DNA of 64,000 bases from Vitrella brassicaformis CCMP3155 (GCA_001179505.1 CDMY01000553.1:186001-250000), one strand, 5' to 3'. Positions 25,348 to 38,577 are shown, numbered from the stretch's first letter. Numbers and translations: made by a program. Notes: a model not told the origin generated them from the letters alone.

Positions 25348-27784
25348 ATGGCCCCATTGCCCAGCAGACGTCTCATCCACTCGAAGGCGTCAGCGCTTTC
25401 GTGTTTCCTCTTCCTCGCCTGCATCAGTGCTAAGACGGCAGCAGTCTCTTCTGCTGCTGAATGGATTCCCGCCACATGTGCCTTGTACTCATTGCAAGGG
25501 GGCTTCACTGTCCTCATTTCGACGCGCATTCCTGAAGATCATGGAGTCTGTCTGCGGGACAGTCACCCAGCCAGGCCACAGCCGCGCGAAACCCCGAATG
25601 CTGAGGCCATCTCTATTGCAAACAACGACGGCTTGGAGAAACGGGCCGCAGAGTTCGCTCGATGGGTGAGGGACAGACATGCTCTTGATCCACCAGCCCA
25701 CATATCCTTCCCAAACAGGTGACACCCTCGACCACACATCTGCACCTCACAGTCTTTCCTTTCCTCTCCTTCAGGTTGTTTTCCGTCCGGGGCCACGCGC
25801 CACGGGAGGAGCATCTGGTGCAGGAGGCCCTCGGAGAAGCCGGATGGCGAAAGGCGTACCAGTAAGAAAAGACACACGGCGCCTGCTTGATGGCAACTGG
25901 GAGTGTACATTCCTGTCATCACTAATCACAATCAGGTCTGAGGAGGCATCACTCTTGTGGCTGCAGCCGGCTGTGCTGAATGATTCGATTTATCGACAAA
26001 TAATGCCATTCCCAGAAAACGAACGTGTGCTACGGCTCATCGGCGATAGGCGACAAGAACGCCATGGCGGCGAACATTGCTGCTTTCAATCTGACATACA
26101 TGAACGGGGTCTGCAGACACGAATGGATACCCACACGCGCATAATGGTGTGATCTTGTTGTGCAGTCGCTGCCGGCATTTCTGCCAAAGGATCTTCCAGG
26201 TCAGCCAAACGATCGCATGAACAACGAGACCACCAGACGGGTTTCTTGCCTGACTGCCATATCAGATTCTCTCGAGACGCTTCAGCGGATTGAGAACGAG
26301 AGCATCGCCACAGGACTCGCCGCACCGTGGTATATGGTCAGGAGACAGAGCAGCCACAGGGGCCGCAACATCTATGCCACCAACTCCACACAACGCATCG
26401 CAGAGATCATGGGTCACCCACACAACCAGCCATCTCACGCCGTGTGTATGTGTCTCTTTTTTTTTGTCTGTCTCCGTTCGCTGAGGCGAGCGACTTTGTG
26501 GCGAGCGAATACATCCGCCCCCACCTGATCGGGGGCTACAAATGGCATCTGCGGCTGCATGTGGTGGTGGTCAGCTGGGATCCCCTGAGGCTATTTCTCA
26601 GTGAGAGGGACGGCCTTGTGCTCATCGCCACCAAGCCATTCTCCTTCAGCTCAGAAGATCCACGTATGGCAGCCTACTCATCTAGCACACATGTGTCTCT
26701 CCTGTAACATTGGTGTGTGTTTGTGCAGTGGTTCACCTGACGAATGCAGACGTGCAAGCAGAGTCAAATGGGCCGACTTACTTTCAGACTCCGCTTCGAT
26801 TTGTCCACAATCTCGCGTATCTGAGCTTGATTTTCACCAACGACCAGCTGAACATCATATGGAGACGGATACGGGTCAGCTGGTGACAATGGAGACCACC
26901 GCTTGGCTTCCCATGCTGTTGCTGCGGCTTGCAGGAGGTGATAATGTGGGCTTTTCTTTCCGTTGAAGTCCCCCTGCACTACCATGTCCACGCAGGAATG
27001 GCCCACCCTGACAGCTGCTTTGAGTACTTCGGTGTCGACGTCATTCTGACCCCCCAGCTGCGGCCCTACCTGCTAGAAGTGAACAGGTTTGCAGCCACAG
27101 CGTACAAGACCCATGTGGAAAAGGCAGTCAAGAAGGCTGTCCTAGTGGGGATGTTCTGTCTGGTGGGCGTGAGGTGCGGCTCGCTGAGAGACACGGAGGA
27201 GATGATGCTGCGGACACGATTACCTGAAGACATTTATCTCGCCCTGGCGGGCACCTCATTATCCATCACCGCCCCGCAGCTGCCGTTGATGCCATGGATA
27301 AGGGGAGACGTGGGCTACTTTGCGACTCGAGAAGAAGAGGTGGACGCAGCCTTGTTCAGTGGGGAGAATGGTAATGGTTGGAATGACATGAGTGGCGACA
27401 GTTTGGAGCACATGTTTCGGGCTGTTCTGGAGTATGAGCGAGACATCGTCAGAAGGTATACACGCGCTTACACACAGGCAGGTAAGCAGGCATCAAACGT
27501 CGTGTGTCTTCATCCAGTGAGAAGACTGGTCTGAGATTGATTTACCCGACCATTGAGACGCTGTCCATCCAACACAGGTTGGCGCATCCACCGCACAGCA
27601 CAGCACGTCCCACCTACGACCGCTCCTGTGTGTGGTGCGTGTCTCTCTCTCCTGTGGGTGCAGGTTGATGGATTCAATAGATTTCCCCACCTCCTATGGG
27701 CACATTGCGTTGCGCAACTGGCTGGAATGGCGACGAAGGCGGAGACACAGCCACCAAGAAGCGAGCCAGGGTGTCAGAGCGTGA
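25348..27784 (+). CDS. Tubulin-tyrosine-ligase-like (TTLL, ATP-grasp) protein, divergent, multi-exon
   Basis: ASEYIRPHLIGGYKWHLRLHVVVVSWDPLRLFLSERDGLVLIATKPF (cf. QxYIxxPxLIxGxKFDLRxYV...DPLR), CFEYFGVDVILTPQLRPYLLEVN (cf. CFELxGxDI...PWLLEVN) and C-terminal GLRLIYPT. Confidence 0.85.
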
Positions 27785-28280
27785 ATTGGGTGTCACGTGA
27801 TCCTTCTTTATTGGGAACATACGGGGCCCCTCGGTGTGAGAACACGTGAAGGTCTGTGTGTGTCGCTCTTGCATGTCCACTGCCTGGCTCCCTTCGTTGA
27901 TAAATTGGGGTGGTCCCCACTCATTCGTCAAGGTGTCAGACTGTATGTGTGTGTGTGTGTGTGTCTGTGTTGAGCTTAAGAAAGGAATAACGTTGACCCA
28001 CACATGAGTGCATTCAACACAGAGTCCTGCCCCCCACACCACGCCACGCCAGGCCACCACACACAACAGACAGCTCTCATTTCGTCACATGCACACCATG
28101 GCTGGCAGGCGCACAAAGTTGGCCCCGTGCAGTCACGACAGAAACATCACCATGCACCAACTGCCGCCTCCCTCCCCCATGTGTGTGTATACGAAGAACA
28201 CGGCAGGGACACAAACAGGTATGTAAAGTGCAAAGGACCGACAGACAGGTCGTCTGTCTGTCTGTCTGTCTGTCCTTCCC

Positions 28281-29709
28281 TCACTGTCTGGAATGACTGT
28301 GTGCGATGGCGGCCTGTTTGGCCCCCTCCATCCCAAGTTCTCTCACCGAGAAACACTTGGCCCTACTCCTGCCGCCCTGGTGCCATCTGTCCACCCAATG
28401 GTTGTACGCCCTGTTGTAGTAGACGCCCTTGACGCCGCCCTGGTGCTCCAATCGCTTCGGCAACACCGCACGGCCGGTGCGCTCCGTCTCACGACGATGC
28501 CCCTCGGCCAAGACCTGACGGATGGATGGACACACATAGGGAGAGACTCAATGAGAAATGGAGATAAGAGGGAATGGGCGGCGTCATGCTCACCTTGGCT
28601 CCGTCGAAGCCATGGTTCTTGATGTAGAAGTACTTCCTTTTATCTTTTGTGCCGCCCTCGCCGCCCTGCGCCTCATGCTCCCTCCATGTGGCCGACCAAG
28701 CCTGCCGCTTCTTGACGGCCGACCGATGCTCTGTGCAAATAAAATTGGCAGGTGACCGTGGGGGGGTGGGGGACAGGCAGGCAGACACTTCTGGCCCTTG
28801 TCGCTCACTTCTTGCTTACCGGCCTTGCTGCTGGTGGCCTTTCTGCGCCGGCGCTTGGGAGGAGGGCCGCGGTCTGTGGACGAGACCTCAGGGCTGTTGC
28901 CGCCGCCACAGGGGGAGGGGGCAGGGATAGGGGGTCTTGGCACATGGAACTTCCGCGAGTCTGAATAATGACACACACACAGACAGACAGACAGGTAGCC
29001 GGCAGAGAGCCTATATGAGAGCATCTTGGGGTCCCTTGCTAAGTGCTGTCTGACTCACCACTGTTGGGGTGCACTGTTGTCAGCGCGTCGGTATCGGGGA
29101 GGGGAGATGGGCGGTCTCCATCCTTTCTGGGATGTCGCCGCGGTGCCCTGCTGGCCTGGCCAGCCATTTGCCCTGTATCGTCACCAGACGGCACCTTCGC
29201 ACCTGTATCGTCACACACACGAAGGGATACATACCAGCCAGCGAGCAAATGACTGAGACGCACGCACCTGTCGGCCTCCACCGAATCGCCCCCGTCTGCT
29301 GGCCGGCCACCGTCACTGTGACGATCTCATACCGACCGCCACTAGGAGGATCGCTCGCACGCACACCCTCCAGCAGCTTAGTCAGCATGGCCGCCTCACA
29401 CTCACCACCGATGGCGTCGATGTCAGCGGCCGACTCACCGGCTGGCCGCGCCTCGCTGCTTCCAGAGGGCCGCGCCGTCGAATCAAACGAAGTCGGCTGC
29501 AGTGGCAGCACTGTGTCTGAGTCGTCAGGGACGAGCTCCTCGTCAAAGGCACTCTCATCTCTCACGCCGGAGTGTCGCTGTGCCGACGCTTCATCGTGAT
29601 GCAGCGGACAGCCTGATGAAGGCCGCCAGTCGGTGGGTCTTTTCATTGCAGAATCATGAGTCTCCCCTGCCGACGCAGCCGATGCAGTGATCTGACTCTC
29701 CCGCGGCAT
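28281..29709 (-). CDS. ApiAP2 transcription factor with two tandem AP2 domains
   Basis: AP2 domain 2: GVKGVYYNRAYNHWVDRWHQGGRSRAKCFSVRELGMEGAKQAAIAH. AP2 domain 1, assembled over introns: KRQAWSATWRE...KRKYFYIKNHGFDGAK|VLAEGHRR. Start (ATG 29709) and 3' end are uncertain. Confidence 0.85.
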
Positions 29710-29792
29710 GGGGCGGTCGGGAGAGCGCTGGATCTTTGAGAAGAGCAAAGCAGCTATGCCACAGAGGCTGCTGCACCTGACAACCTCCAGGT

Positions 29793-29802
29793 TAGCTCGC
29801 AA
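29793..29802 (-). promoter_or_regulatory. Candidate promoter element TTGCGAGCTA (reverse strand)
   Basis: TAGCTCGCAA on the + strand, between divergent ATGs at 29709 (-) and 29924 (+). Confidence 0.5.
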
Positions 29803-29923
29803 GGGCATTCCATGAAACCGCTCTCTCTCGACAGACCTGGGGCAGCAGAGGAGTGTGCAAGCAGGCTGTGTGATCAAGATCTTTCGTTCACTCAGCCACT
29901 GACTCATCCCTGTGAGCGTCGGG

Positions 29924-31910
29924 ATGCTTGAGTTGATTGGCGGATGCGACACCATCGATTGCGACTTCGATGCGTCAATCGAGCGGCTCACGATGGCCAA
30001 GAGGGCGCTGACGGATGAGATCTCGCGGCTCCTTGCTTCGCGAGGCGGCGTGTCGCGTCCCGCCGAGACCACTGGCGAGATGCTCGTCAATGCAGGTGTG
30101 CAGGGGAGGGCCACGAGGGGCGTGCCAGTGATGATGTGACTGTCTGTGTTGGCCTCCATCGTGTGTGAATCGCCTGGTCAGGTGGCGTGGTGTTCCCTGT
30201 TTCCCGCCGTGGGCTTCTTCTCCCTTGCATGAAGCATCGCTACATCTCGGTCCTGCTGATGCTCTTCGCTGACGGCCTCCCGCGAGATGCCGACGGCCAT
30301 GTCTATCTGGAGACCTCACCTGCATACTTTGAGGCCTTCCTGGACGAGCTGACGCTCTACGAGACCGGCCGCACCAACACCGTCGACCTGCCGCCCTCCA
30401 AGGCGGCCGACCCGGCTTACTGCGAGTACCACTCTCTGTTCATGCGCGAGCTGCCATCCTTCTCAGCTCCCACATACAGTAGCCGCGGTGCCGCCACGGC
30501 CCGGGCGATTGATGGCGCATGCGACGAGAAGGCCCTAGGGAACGTCATCCAGACGTCGCTGAGCGACCTGGAAAAGGTCATGAAGAGGCTCACGCGGCGC
30601 AGGGAGGAGGTGGTCCGATTCCTCTCGGCCATGGAGCCCTTCATGAAGGGCCAAGACAACACCGAAGACGACCTGGCGGTGCTGAGCCTGGACGTCCTCG
30701 GCCGGCAGGTCGTCATCCAGAGGCGCACGCTGCTGCGATTGGGAGACGACCATCCCCTGCTCACGCGATTCTCAAAGTGGGCACATTCACAAAGGACAGG
30801 CGGAGAGCGACAATGCAATGCAGGTCACATCTGTCTATGTGTCTGTGTGTGGTTGTGCAGCACTCCGCCCTGCTGGGGTGACCGTCGTGTGCGTCAGACC
30901 CCCACCAAGCACTTCGTCAACACAGTCGAGTTCGCCCGCCGCATCTCGACGATGCCCAAGGGGCAGCTCATCCGACCCCCGCTGCTGGACGAGAGCGAGC
31001 GTGAGCTGTTTCGAGAGGATTTAACGATGTATGGTCTCACTTACTCGCCAATCCTTGACCTGCCGGCCGGCCAGGAGTGGGTCATGCAGTCGACAGAGGA
31101 GTGGGTGGCCGTCCTCGACCTAATGGACAGGCCCACATGCAGACCATCGCTGCTCTTCAAGTGGGCTGGGCACTCACGAACGCACCATAATGTTGAACGG
31201 GAGCGGCTTCCGCTGGTCCGTCAGGTATGGGCGTGACGGTGGTGACTGCGGCACGCTGCTGGCCAAGGTGGGCGATGCGAGCGGTCTGCTGTTCCTCATC
31301 AACCACGACGACACACACCGATTCGGAGCCTTCGTCGACGGCCAACTCAAGCCGCCTGCCGACCCCACACAGACCAGCGGCCACTACACCGCGCCCCTCA
31401 TCTTCATTTCCATCAGCGGTGCATACTCTCGGCCAACCAAGGTGCCCATCCCCGAGGCCAGACAGGTGGTCGAGGTCGCCGGCCGCGACGCCTCCATCAA
31501 GGCCACCAATGGGGACAGCCGCGGCAAGGTGGGTTGGTGGGGGGCGAATGAGAAGAGCACCGTCATCTATGGGTCAATTCGCATGTCTTGTGCAGTTGGG
31601 CATTGGCGGTGGGTATCTGTGGTTTGGGTTGGCCACCCCCGGCCCGTCAGATGACGTCCGCAGCATGCATCAGTGGGTCAAGAAGGAGGGCTTGCCCGAC
31701 AACGGCTACCTCGGCCGGTTCAGCGACGAGAACGGTCACGGCACACTGGCGGGAGACTGGAACTTCACCGCGAAGGAGATGGAGATATGGCACATCGAGA
31801 CCGCCAGGGGTGGTTGGTTTAAAGCGGCGGCACCGCACGCTGCTGTCAGGGTCGGGTCGAGGAAGCCGAAGGGCCTCATGAGCTGGCTGTGGCGGTGGGG
31901 AGGTGAATAA
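29924..31910 (+). CDS. BTB/POZ(-like) x2 + TLDc domain protein, paralog 1
   Basis: Spliced MLVNAG|GVVFPVSRRGLL...LPRDADGHVYLETSPAYF (KCTD-type BTB), a second BTB-like unit (VLSLDVLGRQVVIQRRTL...HFVNTVEFARR) and TLDc (SLLFK|YGRDG...GLLFLINHDDTHRFGAF...NFTAKEMEIW). Confidence 0.85.
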
Positions 31911-33181
31911 GTAGATGGCCGATAGCCTTGCGTGGATGCGTGGTGCGTGGCAGTCCTCATGGTGAAAAGGCGGAAGTAATACCTATGTGTGAGTGTATTG
32001 TTCGTGCGAGTCGACCGTGGCATTAGTCGTTTTTGGCTCTCTGACCCTCCCGTGGCCTCTATAAGTACTCTCTCATGGTTTTGCTGGCGTGAACGGGGGA
32101 AGGGTCAGAAAGCGGGCCCATGGCCGTCTGTCTGTCTGTCTGTCTGGCTGTCTGTGTGTATGCGCGACAGACAACAAGTGACACCGACCAGTGGTTTATT
32201 TCGCCGTCTGCATATCCGTGAAAGTGTGTCTTCCTTTGCCTCACCTGCCGTGCGTGGCACTGCACGGCAGATCGATCGACGCAACATAACGTGTCCCCTC
32301 GCACATCGCATTCATGGACGTGGCTCCATCCGTCCGTCCCTCCATCCGATGACCCGTTCGTCGTGCTTGTGTGTGACTGTCTGTGGTGAGATGTCATGTT
32401 CTGTGACTGACTAACACAGACAGACAGCCAGACAGACAGACCTGCTGATTGGCTGATTGAGAGTTGGCTTGTGGATGGATGGATGGATGGTCAGTCTATG
32501 GCCATGCCGTGTCGGTCTTATGATGACAATGCATTCGACGCCAACTAAATCGATGAACCGCTCAATCTGCGGCTGATGGGTCATCGCACGACAGGCACAG
32601 TCTGGTCGGCAGTTGGTCGGTCATTTGTCCGTCATCTTGATTCAATCGCTGTGTGTGTCTATCTCTCCATCCGGCACTACCTGTGTTTGTCAACGAAGTG
32701 TTCGACGTCCTCCAGGGTCGTTCGTTGGGCTGCGCACGGCGCAATAGCAAATCGAAGAGAGAAAATTTGCTGTCTGTTTGTCTGTTTGTCTGTTTGTCTG
32801 TCTGTCTGTTTGGGTATATGGGAGGGGGAGAGACACAGACGGACAGACAAGAGGAGCCATTATTGTGTGTGATTGTGTATGTGTGTGTCGCCTCGCGCGT
32901 CAATCAATTGTCTGCGCGCCGTTGTGGTGCCGCAATTAGTTCCCGAGGGGCACTCTGCCGACCAATGCGGCTTCACACAACGACACCAGAGAGTTCCCCT
33001 CCGTTTGCCTCCCACTCGAGTCGCTCATGCCGCTTCTGTGTCTTCCGTCTCGCGAGTCGCGTCGCGAGTCACCAAAAGCCATGTATGCAGACCACCCGGC
33101 TATTATACATCCCACCCACCCCCACCAACACATCACATACATCCATCCCCTCCCTCAGCCATCCATGTCTCTCTGTCTCTC

Positions 33182-34373
33182 TCAGTCCATGATGATGTGC
33201 GCCCCCCTGCCCAGCCACTCTGCCAGGCTCTCCAGGTCATCGTCAGCACCGCCAGCGGCACCCGCACCCTCGTCGATGTCCACCGGCGCATAACCACCGC
33301 CGCCGCCCTCCGAGGGGTCCTCCTCTGCGGCCAGGCGGCACCGCGCCAGGTCCAGCAGGCAGTGCCGATCAGATGCACGGCTGATGGCCTCCATCTTCTT
33401 CTGCAGACGGCCCAGCACTCGGGGGGTCGTTCCACTTGAGCGTCTGGCTGCTCTTCCCCTTGCCGCGCGGTGCCCTCTTCCTCTTGGGGAAGGCGTCATG
33501 GCAGCACGCCGCCTCTGTTGTCTTGATGATCTCGCCCTCCCTGCCCTTGTTCCAGGGCCCCCACAGCACCTCCTCCCCCAGGCCACCGAAGACGGGCGGC
33601 GTCTCGTCCTTCTCGTGAGTCTTCGCGCGGCGGACGGCGGCTCGCTTGGCCTTTGTGAGGGGCTGGTGGTCGCTGTCTGTGGGGCTGGGTGACGGGAGGG
33701 GGCTGCGGGTGCGCTTCTTGCGGTTCTGTCGGAGCACCATACCGTGAGTATTGGGGCCGCTGGCGAAGGGGTCCGGCTCCTGCTGTGGATTGGGGGGCGA
33801 GGACAGCCGATAGCGGTGGTGCTGGGAGACGGTGGGCGATGGCAGGAGGGGTGAGGGCTCCGGGCTGCATGAAGGTGGGGAGACATAGAGAACAAGTTGA
33901 CGTCTGATGGATCGATGGTGTTGCCCCTTTGATCCCTTTGCCCACCTGTGGTCAATGGTCATCATGGCGGGGGGCGATGCGGTGGCGATGGCTGTGTGGA
34001 CGGGGTGCGTCGACAGCACCTTGCGCGAGCGCCGCAGCTCCGCAGCCAACGATTTCCTCACAGACCTGCCAGACAGACAGACAGACAGGAAGGAGACACA
34101 TACATGGCCGGGCGCCGGTGTGGCTTCCGTCCTCGGCTGCCATGGCTGACTGTCTGTAGCATACCCTTGAGCGGTGCGACTGTCCTTGTTGTGCTCCTCT
34201 GGCACCTCTTTGCTGTCCTCCTTTGGCGGTGTGCTGTTGTCCCCCTGGCTGTCGTCCGCTGGGAAGGACGGCGTCTTGGATATCGTCTTGGACGGCAGCA
34301 GGGGTGAAGGGTCGGTGCCATGCGCCTCGGCCGACGACAGAGTGCCCGGCCGGCGGCTGATGGGAGGGCGACT

Positions 34374-34406
<33 letters not shown>

Positions 34407-36373
34407 GGAGGGAGGGAGGGAGGGAGAGAGGATGAGATGAGCTTTGGTGTCTCGTGTGTCTGCTGGCTGCAGGTGAACACACATACCTGTCGAACGGCGG
34501 CGGGGGGGCTGGCGCCTCGACCTTCATCGCACGCAATTGGTCCGCCAAACGAGCCCTGAATCAACACACACATGGATTCAGCTATAGCCGGCGATGCGGG
34601 TGAGTGGGCCTTCCCGTCGGTGCCTACTTGGTGCCGGGCCCATTGCCCGGGGTATCCTTGATGGTGCTCTGGCCGTGCACAGGGATGCCCGCAGGCAGGT
34701 GATCCTTCTTCAACTCAAACGGCAAGACACTGGACAAGGACCAAGGCATTCACCCATTCTCGTGTATGTGCCTCTTTGTGTCTGTGTGTCTGTCTGACCT
34801 CGTGGCCTTCGCCGCAGTGTCTTTCGGGAATGTGCCCTCGACGAGGCCGCTAACCATCCCTTGCCCCAGGTCACACACGTGCATGCCCTCACCCTCACCG
34901 GTCCCCATCTGCTGCCCATAGCCTCCCAGCCCCATCTCGACACACGGCGTGTGGCCCTTCGTCGCCCCCCTCTCCTTGCGCACGCGAGGCGCCTTGCCCT
35001 TGCCCTGCGCCTTGGACGACTTGCCGCCGGCCTGTCTGGCGGGGCGCGGCTCGTACAGGTTATCGTCGTCATCCTCACCATCCGCCGCGGAACGGTCGGG
35101 GGCCCTGTCCACCTGGCGGGCCCACCGACTGTCTCGGCCCTCGTACAGGCCGAAATCCTCGCCATCTCCGGCAAAAAGGCCCTGGAGTGTACTGATCTCG
35201 GCCGTGACGTTGGGCGCGAGTGTGCTGGATGACGCTTTGGTGGCCCTGGTGCGGGTCTTCCTGTTGGGGTGGCGGTGGGTGGGGCCGTGGGGGAGTGCGA
35301 TGTGAGCGGCGTTGGTCGGCACACTGGTGGGGGCGGAGGGGACTGCGATGTCAGCGTAACGGAGGACCTCGTACTTGGGGGAAGCTGCAGACAGACAGAG
35401 AGACACATACAAATGTGTTTTGCCGGCTAAGGGCCAGCAGTGGGTAACGTACCTTGTGAGCTTCCGAGCGTCATGGCTCCACTGGCATGGTCCGAAACAG
35501 CCTGCAGACCTGCAAAGGCACACCAAGGGAAGGGCAGACGAGGTGCACCTATGGGCTTTGGTTGCTGATCGGCTCAATGGCCACCGACGTACCTATGATG
35601 GCCAGCTTAGACCGGTAGTCGGTGGTCAGTCTCTCCAGCAGCGACAGCGGCAAGGTGGCCAGCAACATGTCCCACTGGGTCACCAACACATACCTGCACA
35701 CAACACATCACACCAGAGGACCATACAGCATCCCGCCATCCGCCCACCATTGTGACCCTCACCGAATGGTCTTCTTGCACTTGAGCTTGTCGAGCATCGC
35801 CTCCACGAGCACACCCAGGTGAACGGGATAGCCCCCGCCATGAGGGTCGGGCCGCCGGCTCCTCTCAATCATGTCGGCCACCTCCCGCACAATGGCCGGG
35901 TTGCCGCCCTTGGTGCGGCCCCACACCGCCACCGAGATGTCCCGCAGCACCGCCACGGCGTCGTATGTGCCGCCTCCACTGCTGGACGGCGAGAGGCGCA
36001 GGAATGGGGTCTGCGTGGTGGTCTTCTTGGCTTTGAGAGGGGGCGCCAGCTGCGAGCTGAGGGTGCCTTGGACGAGATTCTCCACCTCACGAGCGTCGGA
36101 TATCCTCGAACGGACCACCATCAGATCGCCACAACCCTCACTGTTGCATCTGCACCACACACACAGATGACACACATCCAAAAACTTTGGGGCCCATTGG
36201 AATGCGCATCTATATCAACACACTCAGTCCACAGACGGCCATGCATGCGTCAGGACAGCCCAACAGAGCCTCACGACACCTCACACCATTGCAATGCACC
36301 ACTGAATGCACGCCGATATGTGACCTCACCGCCAGTGGCCTCACCGTTCAATGAAGGCCTCGAGTTCCTTCAT
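33182..36373 (-). CDS. Hypothetical protein 'gene A': N-terminal unknown domain X plus long low-complexity basic/acidic tail; apparent 1-nt frameshift near 33421
   Basis: Exon 1 MKELEAFIER splices to CNSEGCGDLMVVRSR...MLDKLK. Further GT-AG exons with GC3-rich codons continue to stop 33182. Confidence 0.55.
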
Positions 36374-36500
36374 CTTGCTGTGTGTGGCAGGTTCTGCCTG
36401 CTGGGCCATCGTGAGCAATATCTGAGACCTGAGACGAGCCGCCCCAAAAACTTCGCCCCCAGGCTCGCAAGCGAAAGGCAGAGTAGAGCGCCTGGTGCTG

Positions 36501-38224
36501 ATGGCTTCAAAGATCTACCTGGTGTCGGAGCGGTGTGAGCTGCTGGGTCGGTTCGGCAGCTTTGGGTGGTGGGTGCAGGGGCTGCTGGGCCTCATCTCGT
36601 TCTCATCGCTCATCATCAAGAGGCAACGGGTCGGCACAGGCCATCCACACGCCATCGCACATTGGCCTCTGATCTGTGGCGGGGGTGCTCTTGTGTGCAG
36701 GAGCGTGTGAAGCGCAGCTGGCTGGTCTTCGGCCTCGACTCGAGCAAACAGGCGGCCGGCGCACTCACTCTCCACCTCTGTAAGTGGACAGACAGCTGTG
36801 TGTGGTGACATCTCCAATCAGTGCCTCTCTCTGTTGTCCTGTGTGCAGTGAATCTGTTGTTTGCTGAGGGTCTGTCCGGCCTGAAACGGCAGCCACACCG
36901 TGACCCATGCAATTGGTGGGCGGCCGGACTGACAGCGGACATCACACGCAGAGAGAGAGAGGCATCCGTGGCCTCTGTGGCTGTGGTTGTGTGCTGCAGG
37001 TATTGGGTGAACATAATGGTCGACACGACATTGGGTGTGTTGGTCACCTATCTGCTGCTGCAGCAGGCCAGGAAACTCCTCCACCTCTCGGGCGACAGAG
37101 TAACTCACAGACGAGCGGGCAGCACACACAACACTTCCTCACCAGTGCGTGTGTGTGTGTGTTTACCACAGGAGTTTGGGAATTACGTGCGTCAGGATGT
37201 GCCGTCCGATGAGCTCTTTGTNNNNNNNNNNNNNNNNNNNNNNNNNNNNNNNNNNNNNNNNNNNNNNNNNNNNNNNNNNNNNNNNNNNNNNNNNNNNNNN
37301 NNNNNNNNNNNNNNNNNNNNNNNNNNNNNNNNNNNNNNNNNNNNNNNNNNNNNNNNNNNNNNNNNNNNNNNNNNNNNNNNNNNNNNNNNNNNNNNNNNNN
37401 NNNNNNNNNNNNNNNNNNNNNNNNNNNNNNNNNNNNNNNNNNNNNNNNNNNNNNNNNNNNNNNNNNNNNNNNNNNNNNNNNNNNNNNNNNNNNNNNNNNN
37501 NNNNNNNNNNNNNNNNNNNNNGGGGGGGGGGGAGGGCGGCGGGCCGTCGCTGCTGTCGTCCGTCGACTGGCGCAAGTGGCTGCGTCAGCTGGGGCTGTGG
37601 GAGGCGATTGTTGTCGCCATGAAGATGCTCATGCTGATGCTCATGCTCGCCGCCAGCGCACCGCTCGGTTAGAGGGACGGCGGCCACTGCATCTTGGTCG
37701 GCTGACGAGTGTGTGTCTGTGTCTGTGTGATGATCAGGTTGGCTGGCGGACTCGCTGTTGTCTCCGCTGGATGGGCTGCCCAAGGGGAAGCTCATGGTGG
37801 TGATGGTGCTGACGCCACTCATTATGAACGCATTCCAGGCAAACGGCACAAAATGGCAGAGGGCAGAGGGGCGACCACCGACCCAGCCCTCTCTCTCTCT
37901 CTGTGTGTGTGTGTCTGTGTTTGTCTGCAGTATTGGGTGACGGATGGCTTCATCAAGCGTCAAGAGCGGTCAGCTTGTAGCCCCCCACACCACACACACA
38001 CCCTCTCTGCACATCTCCCATTGTCGTGTTGTCCGTCCTCTCATTGGTTCAGTGAGGCGGCCCCGTTGTATTACGAGACGGAGAGCGCGTCAGCGATGCC
38101 CTTCGATCGGCCGCTCAGCCAGCCTAATGTGGCGAGCGGCCCGCCCACACACACTCGCGAGTCAGAGCTGCCGCAATACTTCCACGCGACCAGGGGCGAT
38201 GATGAAGGGCGAGATGACAGCTGA
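36501..38224 (+). CDS. STIMATE: STIMATE/TMEM110 (DUF3661-type) membrane protein, copy 1; contains an assembly gap
   Basis: CELLGRFG...VQGLLGLISFSSLIIKRQR, DSSKQAAGA, DPCNW|YWVNIMVDTTLGV, WLRQL, KLMVVMVLTPLIMNAFQ|YWVTDGFIK all match the family consensus. Confidence 0.88.
37222..37521. other. Assembly gap (300 N)
   Basis: Run of N ending at a G homopolymer. Confidence 1.
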
Positions 38225-38577
38225 AGATCTCTCGTGTGGCCTTGCCGTGGCATTTGGAGGGGGAGCACTTTGGTAGTTAGTGGCGTGGGTGTGTATGTGT
38301 TGCCATTTATCAGTGTGGGCGGTGTTCCGCTTCTGTCGGCGGCCGGGTCGATGTGTGTCCCTCTGTTTGTGATACCGCAGAGGTCGGGGGAGGGGTTCGG
38401 CCGTCGAGTGTGTGTCAAAGGGTCACTGATAGTCAGCTCGAAGCGAGACACGTCATGTGGATATTCAACGACAAAGAGACACAGGGGTCCTCTCAGCACA
38501 CTGACAGGCACGGCACGCAGGAATGTCCGTCAGCCCAACACAAACTGACTGGCAAATATAAAATGGAGGCGGCGATT

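Noticed and set aside
29710-30159. N-terminal 150 aa of the 359-aa minus ORF, which would make the AP2 gene overlap the BTB-TLDc gene in antisense
   Set aside because: The plus strand here encodes the BTB gene's real first exon (…MLVNAG|GVVF), and the candidate promoter element sits at 29793. The extension is best explained as an antisense shadow, with the AP2 start at 29709.
37222-37521. N block as a biological feature
   Set aside because: Scaffolding gap only.
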